From an uncultured Thermodesulfatator sp. (GTDB lineage Bacteria > Desulfobacterota > Dissulfuribacteria > Dissulfuribacterales > QOAL01): a stretch of 64,000 bases of DNA. Where the stretch lies: contig CAZOMT010000002.1 of the NCBI GenBank assembly GCA_964581255.1, forward strand, positions 8,775-72,774, given 5' to 3'. Numbering within the stretch: position 1 is the stretch's first letter; every line of letters starts with the position of its first letter. A program made the position numbers and the translations under genes. Under the pieces are notes generated by a model that was not told the origin of the DNA, searched no databases, and saw only the letters and a list, made by a program, of their open reading frames with translations. Shown here one piece after another: positions 55,162 through 64,000 of the stretch.

Positions 55162-55896
55162 TCAGGCGAGAAGCACTGCAATGATGCCAGCAAGGAAGAT
55201 ACCGTCGAAAGTACCAGCGCCACCAATGGAGGCGACAGGGGCATGGATCTTTTTGAGATCCCTTAAATGGAGAATATCTGCACCAAGAAGAGTACCCATG
55301 GTGGCGGATATGTATGCGACAGAAGGAGCGTGAACCGAAGGCCCCATAAAGATGGCGATGAAGGCCGCCATAAGGGGTGCCACAAATACTGGTAGTGCTA
55401 TCCCTACCCCTGGCACGGGCCTTGCCATAACATAGGTTATCACAGCCACACAAAAAATACCGAAAAGCGGCTCAAACAAGAGCCCCCATCGAGACATGAG
55501 ATAACAGGACAGAACAAATGGCACTATGGCCCCACCAAGATTTATGGCAATAATCATTTCTCTTGGGTGTTGGACAGGCACAGGATATCTCATCCCAAAA
55601 AAATTTGCCGTCATGGCAAATGACTCGTGAGCTGATAAGGGAATCCTCTTTACTGGAATATTTATATTGCTTCCTAACAAGGAAATAAGGAGAAAGGCAA
55701 AGGTCTGAGCTTCTGTAAGGCCAATTCTTTCAAAGGCTATGGTGATGAGGCCTATATGAATGAACAAAAATATAAAAAGAAAAAGAATTACGAAGAGAAA
55801 AAACAATAACAGGGTTAGTGGGCTGAAAAACATGGCTTTTCTCTCTATAAAAATCTTAGGAAGGTCACATTGAATATTATCAATAAAAAACGGCAT
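55162..55896 (-). CDS. integral membrane protein (DUF1614-like)
   Basis: 244 aa, polytopic. IAINLGGAIVPFVLSCYLM resembles DUF1614. An alternative start lies at 55833. Confidence 0.45.
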   Translation of the reverse strand: MPFFIDNIQCDLPKIFIERKAMFFSPLTLLLFFLFVILFLFIFLFIHIGLITIAFERIGLTEAQTFAFLLISLLGSNINIPVKRIPLSAHESFAMTANFFGMRYPVPVQHPREMIIAINLGGAIVPFVLSCYLMSRWGLLFEPLFGIFCVAVITYVMARPVPGVGIALPVFVAPLMAAFIAIFMGPSVHAPSVAYISATMGTLLGADILHLRDLKKIHAPVASIGGAGTFDGIFLAGIIAVLLA

Positions 55897-55917
55897 AGCC
55901 CTATCTATAAATGAAGT

Positions 55918-56172
55918 TCAAGATAACAGCAGGCCTTCCCTTTTTTCAACTCTTGTATATGACAAAAAACTAGGTTCCTCCTGCATATGGGTATTTAACC
56001 AAATACCCTGCTCATAAGGTGAAATCCAATGTGAACAAATCCGCTTCAAGTCTGCTGCAAGAAAGGGGGCCTCTGGATAGGCGAAGAGGAGTGCCCGAAA
56101 CCTCTTTTTTGCCCTCATCCTCAAGGCTACATCAAAAAAACCCGCAGAGGCGTTTTTGTCTGCTGCGGGCAT
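55918..56172 (-). CDS. hypothetical protein (84 aa)
   Basis: ORF only; no clear Shine-Dalgarno sequence. Co-oriented between two likely genes. Confidence 0.25.
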   Translation of the reverse strand: MPAADKNASAGFFDVALRMRAKKRFRALLFAYPEAPFLAADLKRICSHWISPYEQGIWLNTHMQEEPSFLSYTRVEKREGLLLS

Positions 56173-56200
56173 AGAGGGCCTGGCAAAAGCCTTTAAAAAA

Positions 56201-56497
56201 CTATTTGTTTACCATGTTTTTGAAATCAGCATAGAGATCTTTTAGCTTCTTTCTGAGCTCTGCTATCTTCTTGTGCTCTTCTTCTGAACCATAACGCGGT
56301 TCAGCCAAGGAAAAGATCACCCTGTGAAGCTCATCGATATAACCGCCTATGGATCTTTCCCATTCTGCTCGGCCTGCATGCTCCACCTCGCTTGCCTCTT
56401 TGATCTCCTCTTCCAGCCTGCTTAATGCCTCTTCCAGTTGGTTGATAAAGTCCTTTTGTGCGCCAACGAGTGCCTCTTGTAATTGGACGATGTTCAT
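56201..56497 (-). CDS. hypothetical helical protein (98 aa)
   Basis: Strong GGAGGT 9 nt upstream of the ATG; charged, coiled-coil-like sequence. Confidence 0.6.
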   Translation of the reverse strand: MNIVQLQEALVGAQKDFINQLEEALSRLEEEIKEASEVEHAGRAEWERSIGGYIDELHRVIFSLAEPRYGSEEEHKKIAELRKKLKDLYADFKNMVNK

Positions 56498-56783
56498 TTC
56501 TTGTTACCTCCTTTCTTGTTTTACTAAAAGATGTGTATGTATATATAAATGTCAATATTGTGATAGTTTATACTTGATTAAATATGGTAAATAGTAAGTT
56601 ATAGTCATAAGTATTTGTGTATGATTAATAAACCTTTACAACTAATTGTACGGAAACATTTATCTTTAGCGCAATTTAGTAAAAATTGAGGCTCCTCTAG
56701 GTCTTCTTTTTTGAGGAAGGAAACCTTCTTGCACAAGCCTGAATGATAATTAGATTAATGATCATAGGAATGAGAGCTGGAGC

Positions 56784-57155
56784 GTGCTAAACGACATGGC
56801 TGACAACATGGCTATCAGAGAGATAGAGCGGATACTTTCGTGTGACGAAAATGGCAGGGCTACTGTGGAAAAGGCTAAGGAGGATGCAAACAAACTCCTT
56901 GCTGGAGCAGATGAGGAACTAAAGGAACGAAAGCAAGAGGCGCTTAGAGAGATAGAAGAATTCAAACGGGAGGAGATATCCAAGATATTGCAAGATGCCT
57001 CAGCCAAGGCAATGGAGGTGGAAAAAGAGGCAAAGGCATACTGCAATGGGCTTGAAAGGCGCTTAAAGGAACTGCAAGAGGAACTTGTTTCTGAATTTCT
57101 GATCCGATTCTATCAGGAGGCTGGAGTTGACACCAAGGCCTTTGACACACCCTGA
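56784..57155 (+). CDS. V/A-type ATPase peripheral-stalk subunit (G/H-like)
   Basis: 123-aa charged coiled coil (EKAKEDANKLLAGADEELKERKQEALREIEEFKREE), first gene of the ATPase operon. The start is uncertain (GTG 56784 or an ATG about 12-24 nt downstream). Confidence 0.5.
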   Translation: MLNDMADNMAIREIERILSCDENGRATVEKAKEDANKLLAGADEELKERKQEALREIEEFKREEISKILQDASAKAMEVEKEAKAYCNGLERRLKELQEELVSEFLIRFYQEAGVDTKAFDTP

Positions 57156-57164
57156 CAGCCACAC

Positions 57165-58271
57165 ATGAGGGGGGCAGGAAAATTGTTAAGGAGTGCCATA
57201 AGATATTCTTTTCTCAATGCAAAGACCAGGACTATGCACTCAAAAAGGCTAAGGCCCTCTGATTGGCATATCCTGAATGAAGTGAAGGACAGGGAAGGCT
57301 TTCTTCAGTATCTGTCTACAACATCATCTTATGGCCCCTGGGTTGGCCAGATCGTGGCCCACAGGGAACAAAATGAAGAACTTTTTGAAACGAGAATCTA
57401 TAGCGCCCTATTCGATGACTATCGCAAGATCTTGAAATCTCTTACAAATGCGCCGTCGCGGGAACTCGTTCTCGGCCTTTTTTCAAGATTTGAGGCGGAA
57501 AACCTCAAGGTGACACTCAGGGCCATATTTTCGGGTCTGAAAAGGATACATGTAAGCCATCTGCTTTATCCTTTGGGCAGGATGTCAAGGTTGCCTTGGG
57601 AAGGTTTGTGGAGGCAAAAAGACATCAAAGACGCAGTAAGGCTGCTGGCAAACACCCGTTTTGGCCCCATGCTAAATCATGCCCTTCCACAGTTTGAGGC
57701 TCAAGGCAGGCTGTTTCCTCTTGAAATGGCCATAGACATCTCATGTTTCAGGAGGATCTCTGATGCCATCGAGGCGCTCTCAGATAGATTGGACAGAACA
57801 AGGGTCAAGGAAGTCGTGGGGTCTTACATAGATGTTCTCAACATCTGCCACATTGCCAGGCTGCGCTTCATCTACGGCCTGAGCCCAGAAGAGGCGCTAA
57901 ATTACAGCTATCCAGGAGGCAAGGAGCTGAACCTTAAAACCCTACATGCCCTGGCCAGGGCAGAAGATCTTCCCTCCCTGGCTAAGATCCTGGAAGAGCC
58001 GTTTAAAGGCCTGATACAGGGCTCGCAAAGCAACCTTTTTCAAATGAGGCGCAACCTGGAGGGATGGCTCATAAGGAGAATCAGGCGAGCCTTTCTTGGC
58101 AGCCCCTTTCACCTGGGAGTCCAAGTGGCCCATTTACTTGAAAAGGAGATGGAGATCAAGAGCATAATCAGCCTTTACCAGGCAAAAGTTCAGTCACCCC
58201 AGAAACCGGCAGAAGAAATCGTTCCTGGGATCTTGTTGAAGGGAGGCGATCAGGTTGTTCAGGCCAGTTAA
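57165..58271 (+). CDS. V/A-type ATPase subunit C (eukaryotic d-like)
   Basis: 368 aa, with the N-terminal RYSFLNAKTRTMHSKRL pattern of the AC39 family; positioned before subunit I. Confidence 0.75.
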   Translation: MRGAGKLLRSAIRYSFLNAKTRTMHSKRLRPSDWHILNEVKDREGFLQYLSTTSSYGPWVGQIVAHREQNEELFETRIYSALFDDYRKILKSLTNAPSRELVLGLFSRFEAENLKVTLRAIFSGLKRIHVSHLLYPLGRMSRLPWEGLWRQKDIKDAVRLLANTRFGPMLNHALPQFEAQGRLFPLEMAIDISCFRRISDAIEALSDRLDRTRVKEVVGSYIDVLNICHIARLRFIYGLSPEEALNYSYPGGKELNLKTLHALARAEDLPSLAKILEEPFKGLIQGSQSNLFQMRRNLEGWLIRRIRRAFLGSPFHLGVQVAHLLEKEMEIKSIISLYQAKVQSPQKPAEEIVPGILLKGGDQVVQAS

Positions 58272-60252
58272 GCTCTTTCGAATAACCATACAGGTGCCAG
58301 AAAAATATATGCCCCAGGTACTCGAGGTTCTGGGTGACCTGAAACTCCTCCATCTCATCAACATAAATGAGACCAGGCTTGGAAAGCTTGGTTACGTGGC
58401 AGGGTTACAGGTAGATCTTATCAGCCGCTACGACAAGGTACTTTCACGCGTAACAAAATTGATCCACGAGTTGGGGGTCAAAGGCCCTGTGCCACCCCTG
58501 GAAAAGGCCCCAAGGCCTGACAAGGACATCTTCCTATTGGAAGACGAGGTCTCAGCAATAGAAGACGAGGTTTCCAGCTATCTGATTGAAGGCAAAAATG
58601 CCGAAAAGGAACTCATAAAAAGGCGGGAACTTATTTCCAGACTTTCGCTTCTTGAGCCCGCAGATGTCGACTTCACCAGGTTCTCTAGACTTAGATTTGT
58701 CCATCACACCTTTGGGATATTGCCATCAGAGAACATGGAGCGGCTTGAAGAAAGCCTTTCAGACATACACCACAGCCTGGTGAAAATCAGCGAAGAAAAA
58801 AACCGGCTGGTCATTGCTGCCTTTTGTCTTAATGAGGACAGAGAAATACTCGAAAGGGCGCTCAGAAGTGCATTCTTCCAAGACATAGAGATCCCTCAAG
58901 GCCTTGAAGGGCCTGTGGTAAAGGTGATCAAGAATATGGAAAAGGAGCTCCCTGCCCTGGAAGAAAAGGCCCAAAACGCCCTTAAAGCGAAAGAGAGATT
59001 CAAGGAAAAATTTTCTCAGACCCTGCTCCTTCTCAGAGAAAGGGCATATGTGGCCAAGATCCTTCTAAAGGCCCAGGCGAAATTTGGCAAGATAGACCAC
59101 GCCTATTTTCTCACTGGCTGGCTCCCAGTGGAGCTTTACGACCAGCTAAAAGACAGGATAATGAAGGCCACCGAAGGGCAGGCCCTGGTGGACAGAGTCG
59201 ACCCCGAAGACATCCGGGAAGTCAGAGAGGGGATCATCAAGATCCCTATCCTTTTCAACAATCCCCTTCTAATCCGCCCATTTGAGAAGTTGACGTCCCT
59301 CTATGGGACCCCCTCCTACCATGAGGTTGAACCCACGGTTTTCCTGGCACTCAGTTTCGTGCTGCTGTTCGGCATGATGTTTGGAGATGTGGGACATGGC
59401 TTTCTGCTCTTTCTCACAGGCTTTTACATATTCAGAAGGCTATACAAGTATATGGACTATGGAATAATCCTCATGGAATGTGGCGTCTCTTCTGCTATCT
59501 TTGGCCTGCTTTATGGCAGTGTTTTTGGCGTAGAAGACCTCATTCCTGCCCTGTGGCTCCATCCCATGCAGGATATAAACAGGTTCATGATGGTCTCTGC
59601 CGCAATAGGAATAGCCATGATAAGCCTTGGCTTTATCCTCAATATCATAAACATCACAAGGGAAAAACGGTTCGCGGAATTTCTCTCCTCTGGCGGCTTG
59701 GTTGGCGCCCTTCTCTACTGGCTCCTTGCAGGTCTTGCAATCAGATACGTGATGTCTGGCCCCCCTGGACCCACTGAGATTGCCATTGCCAAAGGCGTCA
59801 CCATATTCCTCCTCGTAATCATGATAGTAGAAAGACCCATAAGGGCTATAGTCAAACGGAGACGGGACAAGGCCAAGGGAATCAAACCCAAAAGGCAGGC
59901 CAACATTGCATCCATGGTGCTAGAATCCACAATTGAGGCACTCGACAGTGTGCTCAGATTTCTCGCGAACACCGTCTCGTTCGTGCGTGTCGCCGCCTTT
60001 GCCCTGACCCATGCAGCCTTGTTCATCGGTGTGTTCTCCATAGCAGACATGGTAAGCCACGGTACAGGCAAGGGCTTCCCCTATTATCTGACCTTGGTTA
60101 TTGGCAATATAGTAATTGTACTTCTCGAAGGAATGGTGGTTTCCATTCAGACCATACGTCTTGAATACTACGAGTTCTTCAGCAAGTTTTTCAGGGGCGG
60201 AGGTCAACCCTTCCAGCCCGTTGTTGCAGAAGAAACCGGGGATCAGCAATGA
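58255..60252 (+). CDS. V/A-type ATPase subunit I (a-subunit)
   Basis: 665 aa, with a soluble coiled-coil N-half and a polytopic C-half containing the essential-Arg block VSFVRVAAFALTHAAL. The TTG start overlaps the subunit C end. Confidence 0.88.
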   Translation: MFRPVKLFRITIQVPEKYMPQVLEVLGDLKLLHLININETRLGKLGYVAGLQVDLISRYDKVLSRVTKLIHELGVKGPVPPLEKAPRPDKDIFLLEDEVSAIEDEVSSYLIEGKNAEKELIKRRELISRLSLLEPADVDFTRFSRLRFVHHTFGILPSENMERLEESLSDIHHSLVKISEEKNRLVIAAFCLNEDREILERALRSAFFQDIEIPQGLEGPVVKVIKNMEKELPALEEKAQNALKAKERFKEKFSQTLLLLRERAYVAKILLKAQAKFGKIDHAYFLTGWLPVELYDQLKDRIMKATEGQALVDRVDPEDIREVREGIIKIPILFNNPLLIRPFEKLTSLYGTPSYHEVEPTVFLALSFVLLFGMMFGDVGHGFLLFLTGFYIFRRLYKYMDYGIILMECGVSSAIFGLLYGSVFGVEDLIPALWLHPMQDINRFMMVSAAIGIAMISLGFILNIINITREKRFAEFLSSGGLVGALLYWLLAGLAIRYVMSGPPGPTEIAIAKGVTIFLLVIMIVERPIRAIVKRRRDKAKGIKPKRQANIASMVLESTIEALDSVLRFLANTVSFVRVAAFALTHAALFIGVFSIADMVSHGTGKGFPYYLTLVIGNIVIVLLEGMVVSIQTIRLEYYEFFSKFFRGGGQPFQPVVAEETGDQQ

Positions 60253-60284
60253 CAATTCTCTGTTTATAAGGAGGAACACGTTTC

Positions 60285-60599
60285 ATGACTGTCAGAAATA
60301 TCTCTGGAACTTTGATGGCCGGACTCCTTTTGCTTACGCCATGCCTAGCGTTGGCAGCCGAAGGCGCCAAAAGCAGTTGTGGAGGTTCGGCCAAGTGGGG
60401 GTTTCTCGGGGCTGCGCTTGCAGTTGCTGGCTCCACCATTGGAGCTGGCATAGCAGTTGGCCTGGTTGGAGCTGCTGCAATGGGAGCCATAAGCGAGCGC
60501 CCAGAGGTGGCAGGCCGCGCCCTGATCTTTTTGGGCCTGGCAGAAGGCATTGCCATATATGGCCTAATTATAGCCATCATGATACTTGGGAAGATTTAA
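60285..60599 (+). CDS. V/A-type ATPase proteolipid subunit K (c)
   Basis: GAGIAVGLVGAAAMGAISERPE hairpin helix 1 and LIFLGLAEGIAIYGLIIAIMIL helix 2 with the carboxylate E; 104 aa. Confidence 0.88.
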   Translation: MTVRNISGTLMAGLLLLTPCLALAAEGAKSSCGGSAKWGFLGAALAVAGSTIGAGIAVGLVGAAAMGAISERPEVAGRALIFLGLAEGIAIYGLIIAIMILGKI

Positions 60600-60635
60600 G
60601 ATGGGCAAACAGGTCAAGACCATTTATGGAAAGAA

Positions 60636-60935
60636 ATGAAGATAATGGCCATTACAGACCCAGATACCGCCTTGGCCTTCAGGCTTGCCGGAATAGAGGC
60701 AGTTTCCATAATCCGTAAGGAAGAAGCGTCTGCAGCCCTGGAAAAGGCGGCACGACACCCTGATATGGGCATCGTGTTGGTAACCGAGCGCATTGCCAGG
60801 GATGCGCAAAAAACAATCAGGAAGCTTAGCCATGAAAGGCATCTTCCCCTTTTCATAGAAATTCCCGATACAAAGGGGCCCATTGGCAAAAGGCCCTCGG
60901 CGGCTGAAAGCATGGCAGCCATTTTGAGGAGGTAG
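60636..60935 (+). CDS. V/A-type ATPase subunit F
   Basis: MKIMAITDPDTALAFRLAGIEAV is a typical subunit F start; 99 aa. Confidence 0.82.
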   Translation: MKIMAITDPDTALAFRLAGIEAVSIIRKEEASAALEKAARHPDMGIVLVTERIARDAQKTIRKLSHERHLPLFIEIPDTKGPIGKRPSAAESMAAILRR

Positions 60936-60938
60936 CAT

Positions 60939-61568
60939 ATGGCCCTTCCCGATCAGGTGGAACTTCTTTGCTTGGCAGTTCAGAAAAGAGCAGCCCAGGA
61001 AGCGCAAAAGATCCTTTCAGAAGCTAGGGCGAAACGGGAACGGCTCATCCAACGAGGTATTCAACAGATAGAAAGGGAGCAGGAAGAACAGAAACTCAAA
61101 CTCAAGCGGACAGCATTTCAGGACGCTAGGAGAAAGGTGGATGCAGCAGAACTTGCAGCCAGACGTATGGTAATGGCAACAAGGGAAAAGATCTTCAAAC
61201 AGATCATGCAACAAGGTTGGCAGCACCTCGAAAAGATCAAGGCAGACAAATCGGAATACGCCAGGATCCTTGCAGGAATGATGCAAAAGGCTTCTGACGT
61301 CATTCTAAGGACAGGAAGCAAGGGGGTCCTGTTCAGATGCTCTCCACAGGACATGGCCATTGCCAAAGAGGCCATAAAGGAGCTTCCCAAAGAGGTTTCA
61401 GGCAAGGTGAGCCTATCAAGGGAGGCTGCAAATATTTCAGGGGGCATAATGGCCTATAGTGAGGATGGCAAGCAGCTTATCGATCTTTCCTTCGAGGCCA
61501 TACTCAAAAGGATTGAGCCTGAAATACGCGCCATTGCTGCAGATAAACTCTTTACAGGAGCGACATAA
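60939..61568 (+). CDS. V/A-type ATPase subunit E
   Basis: 209 aa, with an N-terminal long charged helix and a C-terminal globular domain; positioned directly before subunit A. Confidence 0.7.
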   Translation: MALPDQVELLCLAVQKRAAQEAQKILSEARAKRERLIQRGIQQIEREQEEQKLKLKRTAFQDARRKVDAAELAARRMVMATREKIFKQIMQQGWQHLEKIKADKSEYARILAGMMQKASDVILRTGSKGVLFRCSPQDMAIAKEAIKELPKEVSGKVSLSREAANISGGIMAYSEDGKQLIDLSFEAILKRIEPEIRAIAADKLFTGAT

Positions 61569-63376
61569 TGAGGGTCTCCAACCAGAAGACAACCAAACCA
61601 ATTCCCCTTGTCACCTACGTGAGCGGCCCAGTTGTCCGGGCCTCCAGGGGACACGTCCTTTCCATGAACGAGATGGTGGAAGTGGGAGAAGAACGGCTGG
61701 TTGGCGAAGTAATAGGCCTTGAAGGAGATACTGCCACCATCCAAGTCTATGAAGATACCACGGGGTTGAAGCCTGGCACACAGGTCTTTGGACAGGGCAT
61801 GCCCCTTTTCGCAGAACTTGGGCCTGGCCTAATAGGCCACATCTTCGACGGTATACAGCGGCCCCTTGCTGAACTTCAAGAACGGTGGGGAGATTTCATC
61901 AAGAGGGGCAAGACCGGCACTGCCTTGTCAAGGGATAAGGTTTGGCAATTTTCACCCTTTCTCAAACAGGGCGATAGGGCTGAGCCAGGCCAGGTACTCG
62001 GCACCATACAGGAAACAGAGGCCATCTCCCACAAGGTTCTCATACCACCTGACAAATCTGGCATCATAAAAAAGATAGCAGCACCAGGGGGCTACACCCT
62101 CGATGATTCCATAGCCATCATCGAAACCAGTGACGGAAGGGACCTGGAGCTGAACCTGTTCCACAGATGGCCCGTCAGGGTACCGCGGCCATATGAAAAA
62201 CGCCTCATGCCTTCGGAACCTTTACTCACAGGCCAAAGGGTGATAGACACCTTTTTCCCTCTTGCCAAGGGCGGCACAGCTGCCATTCCTGGAGGCTTTG
62301 GCACTGGGAAAACAGTCACTCAGCATCAACTTTCCAAATGGGCAGATGCAGATGTCATAGTTTACATCGGCTGTGGAGAAAGGGGAAACGAGATGACAGG
62401 AGTACTCACAGATTTTCCCCAGCTCCTAGACCCCAGGACCCAGCGGCCACTCATTGAACGCACTGTCCTCATTGCCAACACATCCGACATGCCTGTTGCT
62501 GCCAGGGAGGCTAGCATCTACACAGGCATTACCATAGCCGAGTACTTCAGAGACCAGGGTTATGACGTGGCCCTCATGGCAGATTCCACTTCAAGGTGGG
62601 CGGAGGCCCTTAGGGAAATATCTGGCAGACTCGAGGAAATGCCGGCTGAAGAAGGCTTCCCCGCCTATCTTGCCAGCAGGCTGGCTGCCTTCTACGAAAG
62701 GGCTGGCCAGGTTGAAACACCGTCGGGATTGAAAGGCTCTGTCTCACTCATAGGCGCGGTGTCACCGCCTGGTGGCGACTTTTCAGAACCTGTGACCATG
62801 CACACAAAGAGATTTGTCCAGTGCTTCTGGGCTCTGGATAAGGAGCTTGCCAGCGCCCGCTATTTCCCAGCAATCAACTATCTCCAGAGCTATTCCGCCT
62901 ATGTGAAAGCCGTATCGCCCTGGTGGGTGGAACGGACAGGCCCAGAATGGGAAGAGTTGAGGGAAGAGGCTGTACAGATTCTTCAGGAAGACGCCAAGCT
63001 GCAAAATATAGTGAAACTCCTTGGAGAAGAAGCGCTTCCCGACGATCAGCGCAGGATACTCGAGGGCGCAAGGCTCATAAAGAACGACTTCTTACAACAA
63101 AGCGCCTTTGACCCTATAGACACCTACTGTCTTCCAGCCAAACAGTTTTATCTATTAAAGGTGATAATCCACTTCATAAGACGCCTTAAGGACGTAGTTA
63201 CAAGCCGCATACCTTTGTTTCGTGCCATGGAGCTGCCAGTCGTAGAACAGATCCACAGGGCAAAGTATTCTGTAACAGGCGAAGACACCGCTCCATTTCA
63301 ACAAATGCTGAAGGATATAGATGAACAGATAGACGAACTCCTTGTCAGAAACCAGGAGGAGAAACATGTTGTCTGA
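61568..63376 (+). CDS. atpA: V/A-type ATPase catalytic subunit A
   Basis: GPVVRA, P-loop PGGFGTGKTV, GERGNEMT and the non-homologous-region insertion; 602 aa. Confidence 0.95.
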   Translation: MRVSNQKTTKPIPLVTYVSGPVVRASRGHVLSMNEMVEVGEERLVGEVIGLEGDTATIQVYEDTTGLKPGTQVFGQGMPLFAELGPGLIGHIFDGIQRPLAELQERWGDFIKRGKTGTALSRDKVWQFSPFLKQGDRAEPGQVLGTIQETEAISHKVLIPPDKSGIIKKIAAPGGYTLDDSIAIIETSDGRDLELNLFHRWPVRVPRPYEKRLMPSEPLLTGQRVIDTFFPLAKGGTAAIPGGFGTGKTVTQHQLSKWADADVIVYIGCGERGNEMTGVLTDFPQLLDPRTQRPLIERTVLIANTSDMPVAAREASIYTGITIAEYFRDQGYDVALMADSTSRWAEALREISGRLEEMPAEEGFPAYLASRLAAFYERAGQVETPSGLKGSVSLIGAVSPPGGDFSEPVTMHTKRFVQCFWALDKELASARYFPAINYLQSYSAYVKAVSPWWVERTGPEWEELREEAVQILQEDAKLQNIVKLLGEEALPDDQRRILEGARLIKNDFLQQSAFDPIDTYCLPAKQFYLLKVIIHFIRRLKDVVTSRIPLFRAMELPVVEQIHRAKYSVTGEDTAPFQQMLKDIDEQIDELLVRNQEEKHVV

Positions 63377-64000
63377 AACATCTGAAACAGATCGCTTGCT
63401 GGGCACGAACTTAGAATTTGTTGGATTACAGAAGGTTTCCGGCCCACTTGTGGTCATAGAGGGCATCAGGGATGTGGGTTTTGGAGAAAGGGTCGAGATT
63501 GTTACCTCTAAAGGAGAAATCCGGCAAGGCAGAGTGCTTGCCATCAGCGAGAAGGCAGCGGTACTAGAGGTCTTTCATGGCACTGCTGGCCTCGATCAGG
63601 AGCACACACGAGTCAGATTCATGGGCCGGCCTTTTGAGATGATAGTATCAAAGGAAGAAGTTCTTGGCAGGATCTTCAGCGGCCTTGGCACCCCTCTTGA
63701 TGGCGGCCCTGCTCCCTTCAAAGGTGAGTCAAGGAACGTTAACGGCTTTGCCATCAATCCAGTGGCCAGGGCTTATCCAGAGGATTTCATCCAGACTGGC
63801 ATCTCCACCATTGATGGCATGAACACCTTGGTGCGGGGGCAAAAGCTTCCCATCTTCTCAGGAAGTGGACTTCCCCACAACGACCTTGCGATTCAGATAG
63901 TGCGGCAGGCACGTCTTCTTACCGAAGAGAGCAGCTTTGCTGTCATCTTTGCCGCCATGGGCGTACGCCATGATGAAGCCGAAGCCTTCAGGCTGAGCTT
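63366..64000 (+). CDS. atpB: V/A-type ATPase subunit B, N-terminal about 211 codons (runs off the right edge)
   Basis: My translation from ATG 63366 gives MLSETSETDRLLGTNLEFVGLQKVSGPLVVIEG...TGISTIDGMNTLVRGQKLPIFSGSGLPHNDLAIQI. It overlaps the subunit A end by 11 nt. Not in the track because it is open-ended. Confidence 0.9.
   Translation, partial: MLSETSETDRLLGTNLEFVGLQKVSGPLVVIEGIRDVGFGERVEIVTSKGEIRQGRVLAISEKAAVLEVFHGTAGLDQEHTRVRFMGRPFEMIVSKEEVLGRIFSGLGTPLDGGPAPFKGESRNVNGFAINPVARAYPEDFIQTGISTIDGMNTLVRGQKLPIFSGSGLPHNDLAIQIVRQARLLTEESSFAVIFAAMGVRHDEAEAFRLS

Noticed and set aside
60285-60380. Signal-peptide-like N-terminus (LLLLTPCLALAAEG) on the ATPase c subunit, considered as a possible anomaly or fusion.
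   Set aside because: As far as I recall, bacterial A/V-type c subunits such as the Thermus thermophilus L subunit carry a comparable hydrophobic N-terminal extension, so this is probably normal for the family.

Overview
Densely coding chromosomal segment with about 64 genes and one tRNA. I saw no rRNA, CRISPR array, transposase, integrase or obvious prophage. It looks like a Gram-negative sulfate reducer (Desulfobacterota-like), inferred from sat, an LPS/sigma-54 supercluster and overall gene content. 0-10.5 kb: partial sat, secG-tRNA-Leu(GAG), and a glycolytic block tpiA-pgk-(long divergent gap paralogue)-(about 1426-aa PPDK-like giant)-gap. 10.5-21.6 kb: rimI, EIIA(Man)-rapZ-ptsN-hpf-rpoN-lptB-lptA-lptC-kdsC-kdsA-pyrG, then ACT+paaK. 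21.7-32.2 kb: cobO, an AI-2E permease, a 1226-aa YhdP/AsmA-like protein, an AmgK-like kinase, HPP, HDOD and an SPFH/zinc-ribbon gene pair. 32.4-54.6 kb is the most interesting part, a lipid island. It combines a sphingolipid-type core (Spt-like oxoamine synthase, ACP, SDR reductase, FAAL, large GNAT-like protein) with head-group enzymes: two NTP-transferases, a TagF-like protein, GT4, a CDP-alcohol phosphatidyltransferase, a DAGK-type lipid kinase, a Tam41-like cytidylyltransferase candidate and a metallophosphoesterase. It also carries its own transport genes: an MsbA-like ABC, a second lptC-lptB pair and lptF-lptG. The canonical lptCAB operon sits only 16 kb away. 54.6-64 kb: hemerythrin, small/membrane proteins and a V/A-type ATPase operon (stalk-C-I-K-F-E-A-B, with B cut by the window end). 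All functional calls rest on motif recognition by eye in the supplied translations; no database search or computation was possible.
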